From Octopus vulgaris (Eukaryota): a stretch of 64,000 nucleotides of DNA. The stretch lies in the NCBI GenBank assembly GCA_951406725.2, contig OX597821.1, forward strand, positions 114,762,001 to 114,826,000, given 5' to 3'. The translations under genes and the position numbers were made by a program. The notes beneath the pieces were generated by a model. The model had not been told where the DNA came from and ran no database searches. It worked only from the letters and a program-made list of their open reading frames with translations. How positions within the stretch are numbered: position 1 is the first letter of the stretch; every line of letters starts with the position of its first letter. Of this stretch, positions 27,201 to 40,048 are shown piece by piece.

Positions 27201-28913
27201 TGAGATCACCATGTCGCGCACATATGTTGTTAAGCTTCAGTCAGATCTACTCATCATAAAAGGTATTGCAGCTACAACATTCTCTCAGGCACAGTTTATC
27301 TTGGACAGCATCACCTCTTTGTCTTTTTACAATGACAGAGTGTGATTTGAAGGCAACCCAGCAGCTATTTCTAGCAGGTGAATCAGCAACTGAGAGCAGC
27401 GGTTCTCGACCTTTTTAATATCTGAGCCAGATTGAAAACCTGGATTTATTTAGAGGCCACACCAAAAAGAAAAAAAGTAAAACAAATCACTTGAAGAAAA
27501 ATTCCTATTCATAGAGACAAGACTGTTGGAAGCCCCCAGGAGAATGGTTGGGGGACGCATGCAGTCCAAGGAGCTGCTGTTGAGAACAGCTGACCTAGAG
27601 GCTCCCTTCTTGGCTGACCTGTTGTACCAAACAGCCACTCTCAAACTACAAACAAATCAATTACAAAACTACTTATATACTTACACTGTACAATTTTCAC
27701 ACTCACAAAAAGGTTATTGTTTATTGAAAATATCACAGGTTCATGTTCATCACCTAAATAGAAAGACATGAATATAACACACGATTAGACATCGGAATAT
27801 AATTATATATAATTGATACAAAATGTCACGCTCTAATAAACAGTAGCTAAATAGATTGCATTGAAAGAAAAACCTTCACACAGGTTTAAGTAGAAAGATG
27901 TCATCAGTTGAGATCTCTTTCTCTCTCATATAACTTTATAAATAAGGGCAAAAGAAGAAAATCCCTATGCCAAATATGCTGAGAATAGACTTTAGTGATG
28001 ATTTAAAGTCTATTCTCAGCATATTTAGATTAGGAATTTTTTTCTTTTTCCTTATTTATAAAGTTGTATATAATTTTCACCTTAAAAGGTATTTTTTAAT
28101 ATGCTGGCCACGGATAATATTTTTGGAAAATTTTTATCCTATATTAGATGTGTATGTGTGTTTATATATATATATATATATATATGGGACGAGGTGGTGA
28201 AGCACGACCTTCGAACTTTAGGTCTCACTGAGGAAATGACTAGAGACCGAGACCTCTGGAAGTGTGCTGTGCGCGAGAAGACCCGGCAGGACAAGTGAGT
28301 CCACAACCCGTGGCCTTCTACATGGGATGGAGCCAGCCTACGTATGCATACCTTCCCTTCTTGGGACACAAAACTCTACTTGTGAAGACGTGTTGAGGCA
28401 AGTGAGGATCAGAATCGAAATCGATCAATGGAAATTGCGGATGTGCTACCAGTGCCGGTGGCATGTCGAAACTCTGCTTGTGAAGACCCATTGAGGCAAG
28501 TGAGGATCAGAATCGAAATCGATCAATGGAAATCGATCAATGGAAATTGCAGATGTGTTACCAGTGCCGGTGGCATGTAAGAGAACTTTCCGTTTCGCGA
28601 CCGTTGCCAGCACCGCCCCGTTTCGTGTCCGTTGCCAGCCTCGCCTGGCCCTCGTGCCGGTGGCACATAAAAAGCACCATCCGTTCGTGGCCGTTTGCCA
28701 GCTCTGTCTGGCACCAGTGCGGGTGGCACGTAAAAAGCACCCACTACACTCACGGAGTGGTTGGCGTTAGGAAGGGCATCCAGCCGTAGAAACACTGCCA
28801 GATTTGACTGGGCCTGATGAAGCCTTCTGGCTTCACAGACCCCAGTAGAACCGTCCAACCCATGCTAGCATGGAAAACGGACGCTAAATGATGATGATGA
28901 TGATGATGATATG

Positions 28914-28972
<59 letters not shown>

Positions 28973-29217
28973 TAAATTAGAGATAAAACCACTATTAGCA
29001 AATCAAACAGTGAAAAACATAAACCAAAACATAGAAATAAAATTAATTAATATAATATACAAAATATATAAAATATAAAATTCAAAATTTAAATTATTTA
29101 AATTTAAAGTTAAAAATTTAAAATTATTAATTTATAATTTAATTTATATTTATACTGTAAAATTAGATTTAATCCTAAATCTAATTTTTCCCTGTAAGTT
29201 TGGATTTACTTAATATC

Positions 29218-29279
<62 letters not shown>

Positions 29280-32200
29280 ATACAACAGTGCTTATCACCT
29301 GATGATGGGCAGGTACACAGCAGCAGCTGGATCATATTTATATGCTATGTAACCCATAGTCGTAGTCATGGTCATTGCTGGTGCCATATAAATGGCACCT
29401 GCCCCAGTGGCACGTAAAAGCACCCATTACACCCCTGGAATGGATGGCATTAGGAAGGGCATCCAGCAGTAGAAACCACACCAAATCAAACTGGAACCTG
29501 GTGCAGCTCTCCAGCTCATCGGCTCCAGTCAAACTGTTTGACCCATGTCAGCATCGACAATGGACATTAAATGATGATGATGATAATATTTTATTTAATA
29601 GTATGATGTGCAAAACTCAGCAACTAACAGCTTTTACTAATGCACAGAAACAATTGTTGCATCTGTGATCAAACCCTGTTCATTTTATCTTGCATTATAA
29701 ATTTCTTTTTATATAAATTCTGCATACACTAATCAATTACCTACAATACATACATATATAATACATATGTATATATATATTTGTGCCAGTGGCACATAAA
29801 AAGCACCATTCGACCGTGGTTGATGCCAGTGCTGCCTGACTGGCTTCCATGCCGCTGGCATGTAAAAAGCACCCACTACACTCTCAGAGTGGTTGGTATT
29901 AGGAAGGGCATCCAGCTGTAGAAACCTTGCCAAATCAGATTATAACCTGGTGCAGCCTCCTAGCTTGCCAGTCTTCAGTCAAACAGTCCAACCCAAGCCT
30001 AAAGTATGACAGAGGCTACAGTGTGATAGAGGAACAAGCACAGATGTGTTACATTAGAGAAAACTATAAACAGAAATTTATATAAATACCAGGTAGTAAT
30101 GAACTAGTGATGAGATTTCATTTGATTGAGAAAGGACAATGGAAAATAAATATTTAAAAGGTGACTTACTTTTAACTTTAGTTAAAATTTGCTCCACATC
30201 AGGATTCTCATCAAACACATAATCTACAAATACAAAAACAGAAAGTGTCAACATGTTTAATAACATGGTGTAGTTGCTAGAGAAAGTTTTCATCATCATC
30301 ATCATCATCAACAACCCTCTGGACAATATTGTCTTGAGTCCTAAGACTCTTGGGCCCAATTACCTGGTTTCCATAACATTTAAGTGACTGAGATCACATC
30401 GTTCCTTCCTGATCAAAAGAATAGTCTGTCGAAGGGTGACCCATTTCTACACCTGAGTGGACAGAGCAAAGTGAAATGAAGTGTTTTGCTCGAAAATGTG
30501 TCACTCAGTCTGAGAATTGAAACCAATAGCTTATGATGGTGAGTGTAGTATCCTAACCACTTGGCCACACACTGCCTTTGCCTACAAAAAGTTAACAAAT
30601 CCTCCCAATAATCTACAAAGCTGCACCATTTCCAACATCATGTGTTCAGTTTTTATAGAAAGTCAATAATCGAAAGGAATCATGAAATACTTCAAAACAT
30701 CAAATTTTGTAACATTTATTGTGATATTTATCCCCCTGCTAGCAATATAAACACAAGTGCATATATGCACCACAAGTCCATATGAGAGGTTCTCTCATGG
30801 TAACTAATGCAGTATTCTGTGTTCTTACACAACATCCACTTTTAAGTGGGGATAAATATTATCTTCTGGTATTAACACTGCTTCTGTTGCCATTATTTTT
30901 TTAATAATCCCACAGGCTATTTGCAACACCAGAGCCTGACAAGACACCGAGAGTCTCTGTAGATTGCTTGCAGAGGAATCGCTGCTATCTCTAGCTTTTG
31001 TGTGTCTACTATTGACAAGGCCAAGGAAGGCTGGTAATCCTAGTGGCGATGGAGGAGGATTATCTCCTGCTAGCAATATAAACAAGAGTGCATGCATGCA
31101 CCACAAGTCCATCTAAGAGGTTCTCTCAAGGTAAATAACACAGTATTTTGTGTTCTGACACAACATTCACCTTCAAGCAGGGATAAGTATTACCTTTCGT
31201 TATTAATTATTTATTGTGCTTTTAATATAATACTAGTAACATACAAATCATTTATTTTTTTCATATTAGTCAATCATCATCATCATCGTTTTAATGTCCC
31301 CTTTTCTATGCTCGTATAGGTCAGATGGAATTTATTGAAACAGATTTTCTGCAGCCAGATGCTCTTACTGTAACTAACCCCCCAACTGTTCCAAGTCAGG
31401 TAATGTTTTCCCCTTGACCAGACGTATTTTCACAGAGGATGGCAAACAAATGACACTGCTTGTATGACAGTGACTGTTGTTTACAGCTACCGTGTGATGC
31501 AAAGACAAAGGAAACACAAACGTCCACATGCACACGCATATGTATACACAACAGGTTTCCATCCCCATCCACCAAATCCACACACAAAGCTTTAGTCAGT
31601 TAGGGGGCTACATTGGAAGATGCTTGCCCAAGGTGCCACATGGTGGAACTGAACCTGAATCCCTGTGGCTGAGAAGCAAACTTCTTAACCACACAGCAAG
31701 GCCTGCACCTTATGAAAATATACTTTTTCTACAAAATACCTGATGCTTACCATCTCAAGTAACCTGTGCATAATATAAATACCAGTGCTGGTGCCACATA
31801 AAAAGCACCCAGTGGAGCACTCTGTAAAGTGGTTAGTGCCAGGAAGGGCATCCAGCCATAGAAACCATGCCAAGGTGGACAATGGAGCCTAGTATAGCTC
31901 TCTGGTCTTGCCAGTTCCTGTCAAACTGTTCTACACATGCCAATACAGAAGACAGAGTGGTTGGTGTTAGGAAGGGCATCCAGATGTAAAAACCCTGCCA
32001 AAACAGACACAGTAGCGTAGGGTAATTTTCTACCTGGCTGGCTTCTGTCGACCATCCTACCTATGCATGCATGGAAGACAGACATTAAACAATGATGATG
32101 ATGCTGATTGCCAATTCCCTAATTTTCAGTCCAGATCATTGTCTGATGTTATCTACCAATAGATAGATAAAAAGCTCGATCAGTATTTTAATTGCTAAAA

Positions 32201-32809
32201 ATTTCATCTAGACATATGAAAAATTGCTTTTAATTAAAATGAATTTTTTTCTTATTTTAAACTAAAAATATTTCCATGCTTTCATCATGTTTAATTAAAT
32301 TGCCACATTCACAGAGATGCAAATCACAAAATATATTTACCTTTCCCACTACTTGACAATAAAACAGGTGGTAATCCATTTTCCGGGATGTGACATTTAT
32401 TTCGAGGGCTGTTTGCTGACCGCAAACAGCGTGTGCGAGGAGTTATAGATTGATCATTGCCTACAAAATAGAAATGATAACATATTAATAGATCATCATC
32501 GTTTTAACAAACGAACAAAAAAGAAAAAAAAATAAGTAAAGGAGTGAAGTTAGTTGTGTCTTGGGAAGGTCATTGCACCAATGATAACACATGCACTGGT
32601 TCAATAAACATGCACTACGGTTTGCTTGAAGCTCACCATCCTACACATCAATCCTTGGATCATTCATTCATTCATACATACATACATACATACATACATA
32701 TACACATATACACACACAATCAGAAGCACTTGACATATGATAATTAAACCACATAAGTTTCAACTCTAATGTTAGTCACATTATGCTATGACACGATAAA
32801 AAGTTCCTT

Positions 32810-32860
<51 letters not shown>

Positions 32861-35800
32861 CCTTAATTCTGAACTAGGACTACGTATATCTTAAACATTA
32901 AGGATACCTGAAGACAAATTATTGGACTGACCAAAATGTAAAATGTAAAACAAACAACATTAAACACAGTTAATTATTAAAAAGTTTACTGAGAGTAAAG
33001 AAGTGCAGCTCGATGTATTTACAAATAAAATCTGACATTAAGCTTCCTTAAATACTTAATTATCTTCCTTCCAAAATGATATTAATTTTATATTTTGTAT
33101 CCTGAGATGTTTAAAAAGTAAAATCACTCACCCTGAGTTATCCTTTCTACTTTTTTCTGTACTCGTCCCGTCCGTCTGGGGGGTAAACGGGAATCTTGAG
33201 GGTGATCGGCTTCTTCAGTTAGATCACCCCCAGGTCTAATACCATCTGAGAATATGACTTGTTTTGGTTCTCCCTTTCGTTGGCTTCCTGTATAACAAAA
33301 ATATTGCCTGGCATCAGTCTACTGTTTATGCTGGTTCAGTAAGGTCAACAGAGAAATGAAAACTAGCAACATTACAACACACGCACATTTATATGGAATG
33401 ATGAACCTTTGAGAGTACAAATGAAAGGAAAAGAACTCAATACAGAAAGTAGAGTGTGCCTTATATTAGAAGCTGACATTCTCGTGACTCTAGGTCTCAC
33501 ATTATTAACAATTATTCAAATGACTAAAAATGATAAGCAGCACAGGTGCATGTGTGTGTGTGCGCGCGCGCGCGTACGCGTTTTTTTTCTTTTATCTTTT
33601 TTCTTTGTGTATAAAATATTTGCAAATGCTGAAATATACTTAGTCATGAATAAACGTAGTTTGAATTACTTGTTGAAGACCATCAGAAAATGTATCATTT
33701 AGCTATTGAACTGTGCAGAACACCTGTTCATTTATTCACATACTAACAACTATGTAATATTTCATGTCTTCAGTATCATATGTGTAAAACACATGAAAGC
33801 AAGGAAGATGGTTATCATTAAGACCACTTGAAGTGTTGATATCTAAGTGAATTTTTTTTTCTTCCATTATTTGGTCATTTTCCATAAATCCTTATGTAGA
33901 AAATAAACTGTTTTAGCCAGCTGGCAGGTGGAAATTCCTCAATCAATACCAATGAAAGGTTCTCCAGCAACAGTTCAAAATTGGAAAAGGTTGTCAGGGA
34001 CTGTTATATGCCTTCACATGATGCTGATGACTTGAAAACATCACATGTACATAAATAAAAGACTATATCACATGACCTGCATGAAAACTGGACAGATGAG
34101 CGTCTGATGCATTTTCTGCAACCCATCAAAGCTTGATGATCAAGCATGTTTCAATGTGTTTACAAACTATCATCACCATCATTCACCGTCTGTTTTCCAT
34201 GCTGGCATGGGTTGGACGGTTTGATTGAAGTCTGGAGAGCCAGCGGCTGCACCAGGCTCCAATCTCACATGGCAAGGTTTCTACAGCTGGATGCCCTTCC
34301 TAACATCAACCACTCCAAGAATGTAATGGGTGCATTTTATGTGCCACTGGCACAGGGGCCAGTCAGGCAGGCCTAGCATCGATCATGTTCAGATAGTGCT
34401 TTTTACGTGCCACCAGCATGGGAGCCAGTTAGCGAGTACTGGCATTGACCACATTTGGATATTTTTTCTTATATACAGTCATGCTGCTTCTCTACTTTAA
34501 CCATTTGATTTGGCAACATGAAACTCAGAGCTACAATTCAAGACACTTCAACTCCTATTAATCTTATACATATATTTCTTCATCATAATTTTATGTCCAC
34601 TTTCCCATGCTAGCAAGGGTTGGATGAGTCATGAAGATCCAAGTCAGTTCACATGTGGATTTACTGTCCTCCTGGAAGAATAGGGACCATGTCTCACACG
34701 CACATTCCATTTTTGGTATGGTTTCTATAGCTGGTTGCCCTTCCTATTGAAGTCATTATACAGATTGCGTTGGGTACATTTTATCATGGTACCAGCACTA
34801 GAAAGGTCACTTGGTCTCCAACAAAACTAAAGAGCTCCCTGCATGTTATCACCATTCATCCATTCATTCACTAGCCCCAAAGAGTTCGTCTCCCCAAGCC
34901 CCACCCTCCAGCAACACTAAAGAAAGTTCCTTCGTCTCTAAATTATTTCTGTTCATTTATTCCTTGTTTTCCCACACAACCAAGGGAGAAAAGAACTACC
35001 ACAATAAAAGAAACAGTAGCAGAAGAGAACAAGAATGATACAAGGGAGATGAATATAGACAGCTACATGACAGTTGTTGTAAATGAGGATGAGCAGAAAA
35101 ATATATGACAGAGAGGATTATAGCAGAGAGAGGGGGGAGAGAGAAAGAGCCAGACCAAGAAGATGACAGAGGAGAGAATGATACAACAGCTGCATGAGGG
35201 TTGTTGGTAAGGAGATTGAGTAGAAGCAGCTTGAGTGACATGATGGGAAAATTGATCAAAAAGGAACAAGATGACAGATAGAGTAATGAGAGAGATTAAG
35301 ACAAATGAGTGACAGAGGAAAGAGTAAAATGAGAGAGTGTTGGATAACGATACAGAAGTTTAATGGTAGAGAGAGACTCATTAGACAAACAACAAATAAA
35401 CTGGCAACAGGAACCTCAGTCATTATGATCATCATCACCAGCAGCAGCAGCACTGTCTTTTCACTTTTCCAAGCTTGCGTGGGTTTGCAGGTCTTCTCCA
35501 GCATAGTGATTCATCACTTGCTGTGCTCGTCTGTCATCTCTTTCATGAGATTCAGCCTCTTTAGATCAGTCTTCATCATTTCGTCCCATGTCTTCCTAGA
35601 TTCCATCCACTTGACACACTCAGTACTTCTTTATACAACTCACACCTTCCATATATGTATAACCCCTATCAGCATAGTCTTCTCTCTTGTACCCTACAGT
35701 TGATTCCTCTCACATCTAGTTTATCCCTCAACTCATTTTTGAAACCCTAATCATACAAACTAACATTAGACTTCCAGTACACCTCCAGCAAAGCATACTG

Positions 35801-36155
35801 GCCTCATTTCTTTCCAAATTCTCCACATTCAAAGCCTATGGTTCGCTACCAGGCAGCATTAAAATTTTACACACAAGCACCTTTACTCTCAGAAAGAAAC
35901 CCTTTGTTGCCAACAGAGGGAATAATTGCCCAAATGTGGACTTTTGTCAAAGGCCTTATCCAGATGGACAAATATTAAAGCCAAATGGTTTAATACTAGC
36001 TACATACTTCTCTCATAGCTGTTTCACTAGGGAAAGGACATTGACTGTACTCCATCCTGGTATAAACCTGAACTGCTTCTCATCTTGTTTAATCCTATTT
36101 ATAATTCGTTGTGCTCTGATTCTGATAATGATAATCCATCCGGTTGTTTGTGTAA

Positions 36156-36210
<55 letters not shown>

Positions 36211-39200
36211 ACAGGAGAGAAATGTGTCCGCATAGATGATGGGGCACTTGCTTTTACTGTTAGTGAAAAGAAAGAGGCTTGGAGAAGCCATTATGAAAGA
36301 CTGCTGAACGAGGAGAATGAATGGGAGGAGGAGAGCCTGCCAAATGTTGACCCAGTAGAGGGACCAGCTACCCGAATAGACAGCTCCCTTGTAGATAAGG
36401 CAATTAAGGATATGAAACCAGGTAAAGCCCCTGGCCCATCAGGAATCACTGCTGAGATGCTTAAAACAGCTGGCTATGTGGGATATGGCATAGTCACCCG
36501 CATTGTAAACCAGGTAGTTCACAATGGAGTCATACCCAATGACTGGCGCAGCAGCACCATAGTCAACTGCTACAAGGGTAAGGGTGATGCTCTAGATAGA
36601 AATAACTACAGGGGTATCAAACTGTTGGACCAGGTGATGAAGGTCTCAGAGAGGGTCATAACCCATCTCATTAGGGAGAGAATTTGCTTAGATGAAATGC
36701 AGTTCAGTTTTGTACCAGGTAGAAGCACCACTGATGCTATATTCCTGGTCCGACAACTGCAGGAGAAGTACCTAGCTAAAGATAAACCCCTCTACATAGC
36801 TTTTGTGGACTTGGAGAAAGCCTTTGACAGGGTTCCCCGTTCCCTTATCTGGTGGTCGATGCGGAAACTGGAGATTGACGAATGGCTAATAAGGGCTGTA
36901 CAGGCTCTATACAGAGAGGCTGTCAGCAAGGTTAGGATTGGCAACGAATATAGTGAAGAATTCCGGGTAGAAGTAGGTGTGCACCAGGGCTCAGCCCTCA
37001 GTCCCCTTTTATTCATCATAGTCCTCCAGGCAATAACAGAGGAATTCAAAATGGGATGCCCCTGGGAGCTCCTCTATGCTGATGACCTAGCTCTCATAGC
37101 AGAATCACTACCGGAACTAGAAAAGAAATTTCGGGTGTGGAAGCAAGGGTTAGAATCAAAGGGCCTTAGAGTAAATGTAGCAAAGACCAAAGTAATAGTA
37201 AGCAGCAAGGCATACTCAGCTACTTGGGTAGGTGGCCCTGCTCAATTTGTAGGAAAGGTACAGGTAGAAACTCCATAAGATGCACCCAATGTAAGCTATG
37301 GACGCATAAGAGGTGCAGCAACATTAAAGGGAAATTAACAGATAAGATAGCTTTCATGTGCGGCAGATGCACAGGGGCAATAGACACAACAGACACTCAG
37401 AAAACAGATTCCATCACACTCCAGGGAAAGAAACTAGAAGTAGTTGATAGTTTCCGCTACCTGGGTGACCAAGTTAGTAGCGGAGGTGGATGCACAGAGA
37501 GTATCACCACTAGAATACGAATAGCCTGGGCAAAGTTCAGAAAGCTCCTACCCCTACTGGCGACAAAGGGTCTCTCCCTCAGAGCGAAAGGTAGATTGTA
37601 TGATGCATGTGTGCGAACTGCCATGCTTCACGGTAATGAAACATGGGCTGTGACTGCAGAGGACATGCGTAGACTTGAAAGAAATGAAGCTAGCATGATC
37701 CGCTGGATGTGTAGTGTCAGTGTGCACGCAAAACAGAGTGTAAGTATCCTGAGAGAAATGCTGGATATAAGAAGCATCAGATGTGGTGTGCAAGAGCGAC
37801 ACTTGCGATGGTATGGTCATGTGCTGCGGATGGATGAAGAGAGATGTGTGAAGAAGTGCCACTCCCAAACAGTTGAAGGTATCAGAGGGAGAGGTAGACC
37901 CAGGAAGACATGGGATGAGGTAGTCAAGCATGACCTTAGAGCATTGGGCCTCACTGAGGCAATGGCGAAGGACCGAGATCTCTGGAGATATGCTGTGACT
38001 GCAAAGACCCGGGCTGCTTCCTGTATCAGTTCCACATAGCCCCTGCCCATTCAAAGTACCCCGGATCCCAGATCGTCCTGCTGTGCCTGAGGAGACCTGT
38101 TGAGTCAAGTACATGAACATGAACGTCGAAATAAATATCAATGGAAATAGGAGTTGTGATGCCTGTGCCGGTGGCACATAAAACGTACTATCCGAACGTG
38201 GCCGATGCCAGCGCTGCCCCGACTGGCCTCTGTGCCGGTAAGACCATCCGAACGTTGCCAGCGCCGCCTTGGCTGGCTCCCGTGCCGCTGGCACGTTAAA
38301 AGCTCGAACCGATCGTGACCGATGCCGGACCCCCCCCCCGGCCCCTGTGCAGGTGGCACGTAAAAAGCACCCACTCCACTCGCGGAGTGGTTGGCGTTAG
38401 GAAGGGCATCCAGCCGTAGAACCTCTGCCAGATCAGACTGGAGCCTGGAGCGGCCTCTGGCTTCCCAGACCCTGGTCGAACCGTCCAACCCGTGCTAGCG
38501 CGGAAAACGGACGTTAAACGATGATGATGATGATATATATCGGCATTTTAATTTTCACTTATATGCAACCAAAGAACAGTAGACATTAAATTTTGCAGCA
38601 ATAGATTTTTCTACAGCTAGAAGTTCTTCCACCTACCTCCAAGTAAAGTGTAACATTTCCCAACCCCTTTCAACAACAAATGGTCCTGGTATACTTTCCT
38701 GAAAAATTATTAACAAATGACTAGGTTTTTTCCTTTAATAATTATTTCAAATTTTTGCCACAAGGGCCGCTTTGGGTAGGTGAGACTGAGTTGATTACAT
38801 CGACCCCAATCTTCAACTGGTACTTATTTTATCGACCCCAAAAGGATGAAATACCGTGTCGACCTCAGCAGAATTTGAACTCAGAACATAGCAACAGGCA
38901 AAATATCACTAAGCATTTCGCCCACCGTGCTAACAATTCTGCCAGCTCACCGCTTTTTCTTTTTTCTTTAATAATAATCACTTTTCAGTTCTGCATTTAT
39001 GAGATGAGGAATTATGTACATTATTTACATCATTTACATTTTGATGGATTTTGTCCTTATCTTGTTTATTAACAACAAACAAGATGAGGACAAAATCCAT
39101 GAAAATGTAAATAATGTAAGTAATCACTTTTGTCTATAATTAGTGTGCTCATGTCAGGACAAGGGGAAACACATACTGTCACAAGACAGGCTTCTTCCAG

Positions 39201-40005
39201 TTTCCATCTACCAAATTTCACTCAAAGGCATTGGTCAATCTCCAGCTAGAGTAAAGGACACTAACCAACAATGTACACACAGCAGACACTGTTTTCTGCA
39301 AGTAACAAAGGATTTCTCTCTCAGAGTGAGTGGAAGAGTGTGTGATATTTGTATATGAACTGTAAGACTACTGCTTGGTGGCGAGGCAGAGGATTTGTGA
39401 AGACTATAAAGTCATGAACTGAGCATGGTTTACTGGCTGAATTGGATGTTTGTGTTACCCTAGTGTTCCACAACCTTTTTACACTTACGTTACACTAACA
39501 TTCTTTTCAAAATTTGGTAACACACCTGAACTAAAAATATAACTAAAAGTATTGGGGAAAAAAATTACATTCAGGTTACACTGTGGCACATCTAGCATCG
39601 TCTCATAGTAGACCAGTGTGTCGCAGCATACCGGTTGCAGAGAACTGGTGTACACTGATGTAGTAGAAATTAGGTGGCAGGATACAAGGAAGATACAAGA
39701 ATAAGTGGACATAGTGTGCAAGGGAGAAGACTGTGATAGTATGGATATGTGAAGTGTACAGCAGATGACAGCTGGAGAAAGAAGTGCAGGATATGTAAAG
39801 TGGAAGGGACCAATGAAAGGGGAGAATCTAGGAAGGCATGGGAGGAAATGGTGAAGACTGATCTCAGAATGATGGACATCACAAAAGAAACGAGAAAGGA
39901 TTGTTAAATAACTGGTGACACACAAAGTCCTTGAGAAGATTTAGTGTCATTCCTGCAGGCAGGGCATAGTGGACATCAGAACGATGACAGCTGGGGGTGT
40001 ACACA

Positions 40006-40048
<43 letters not shown>

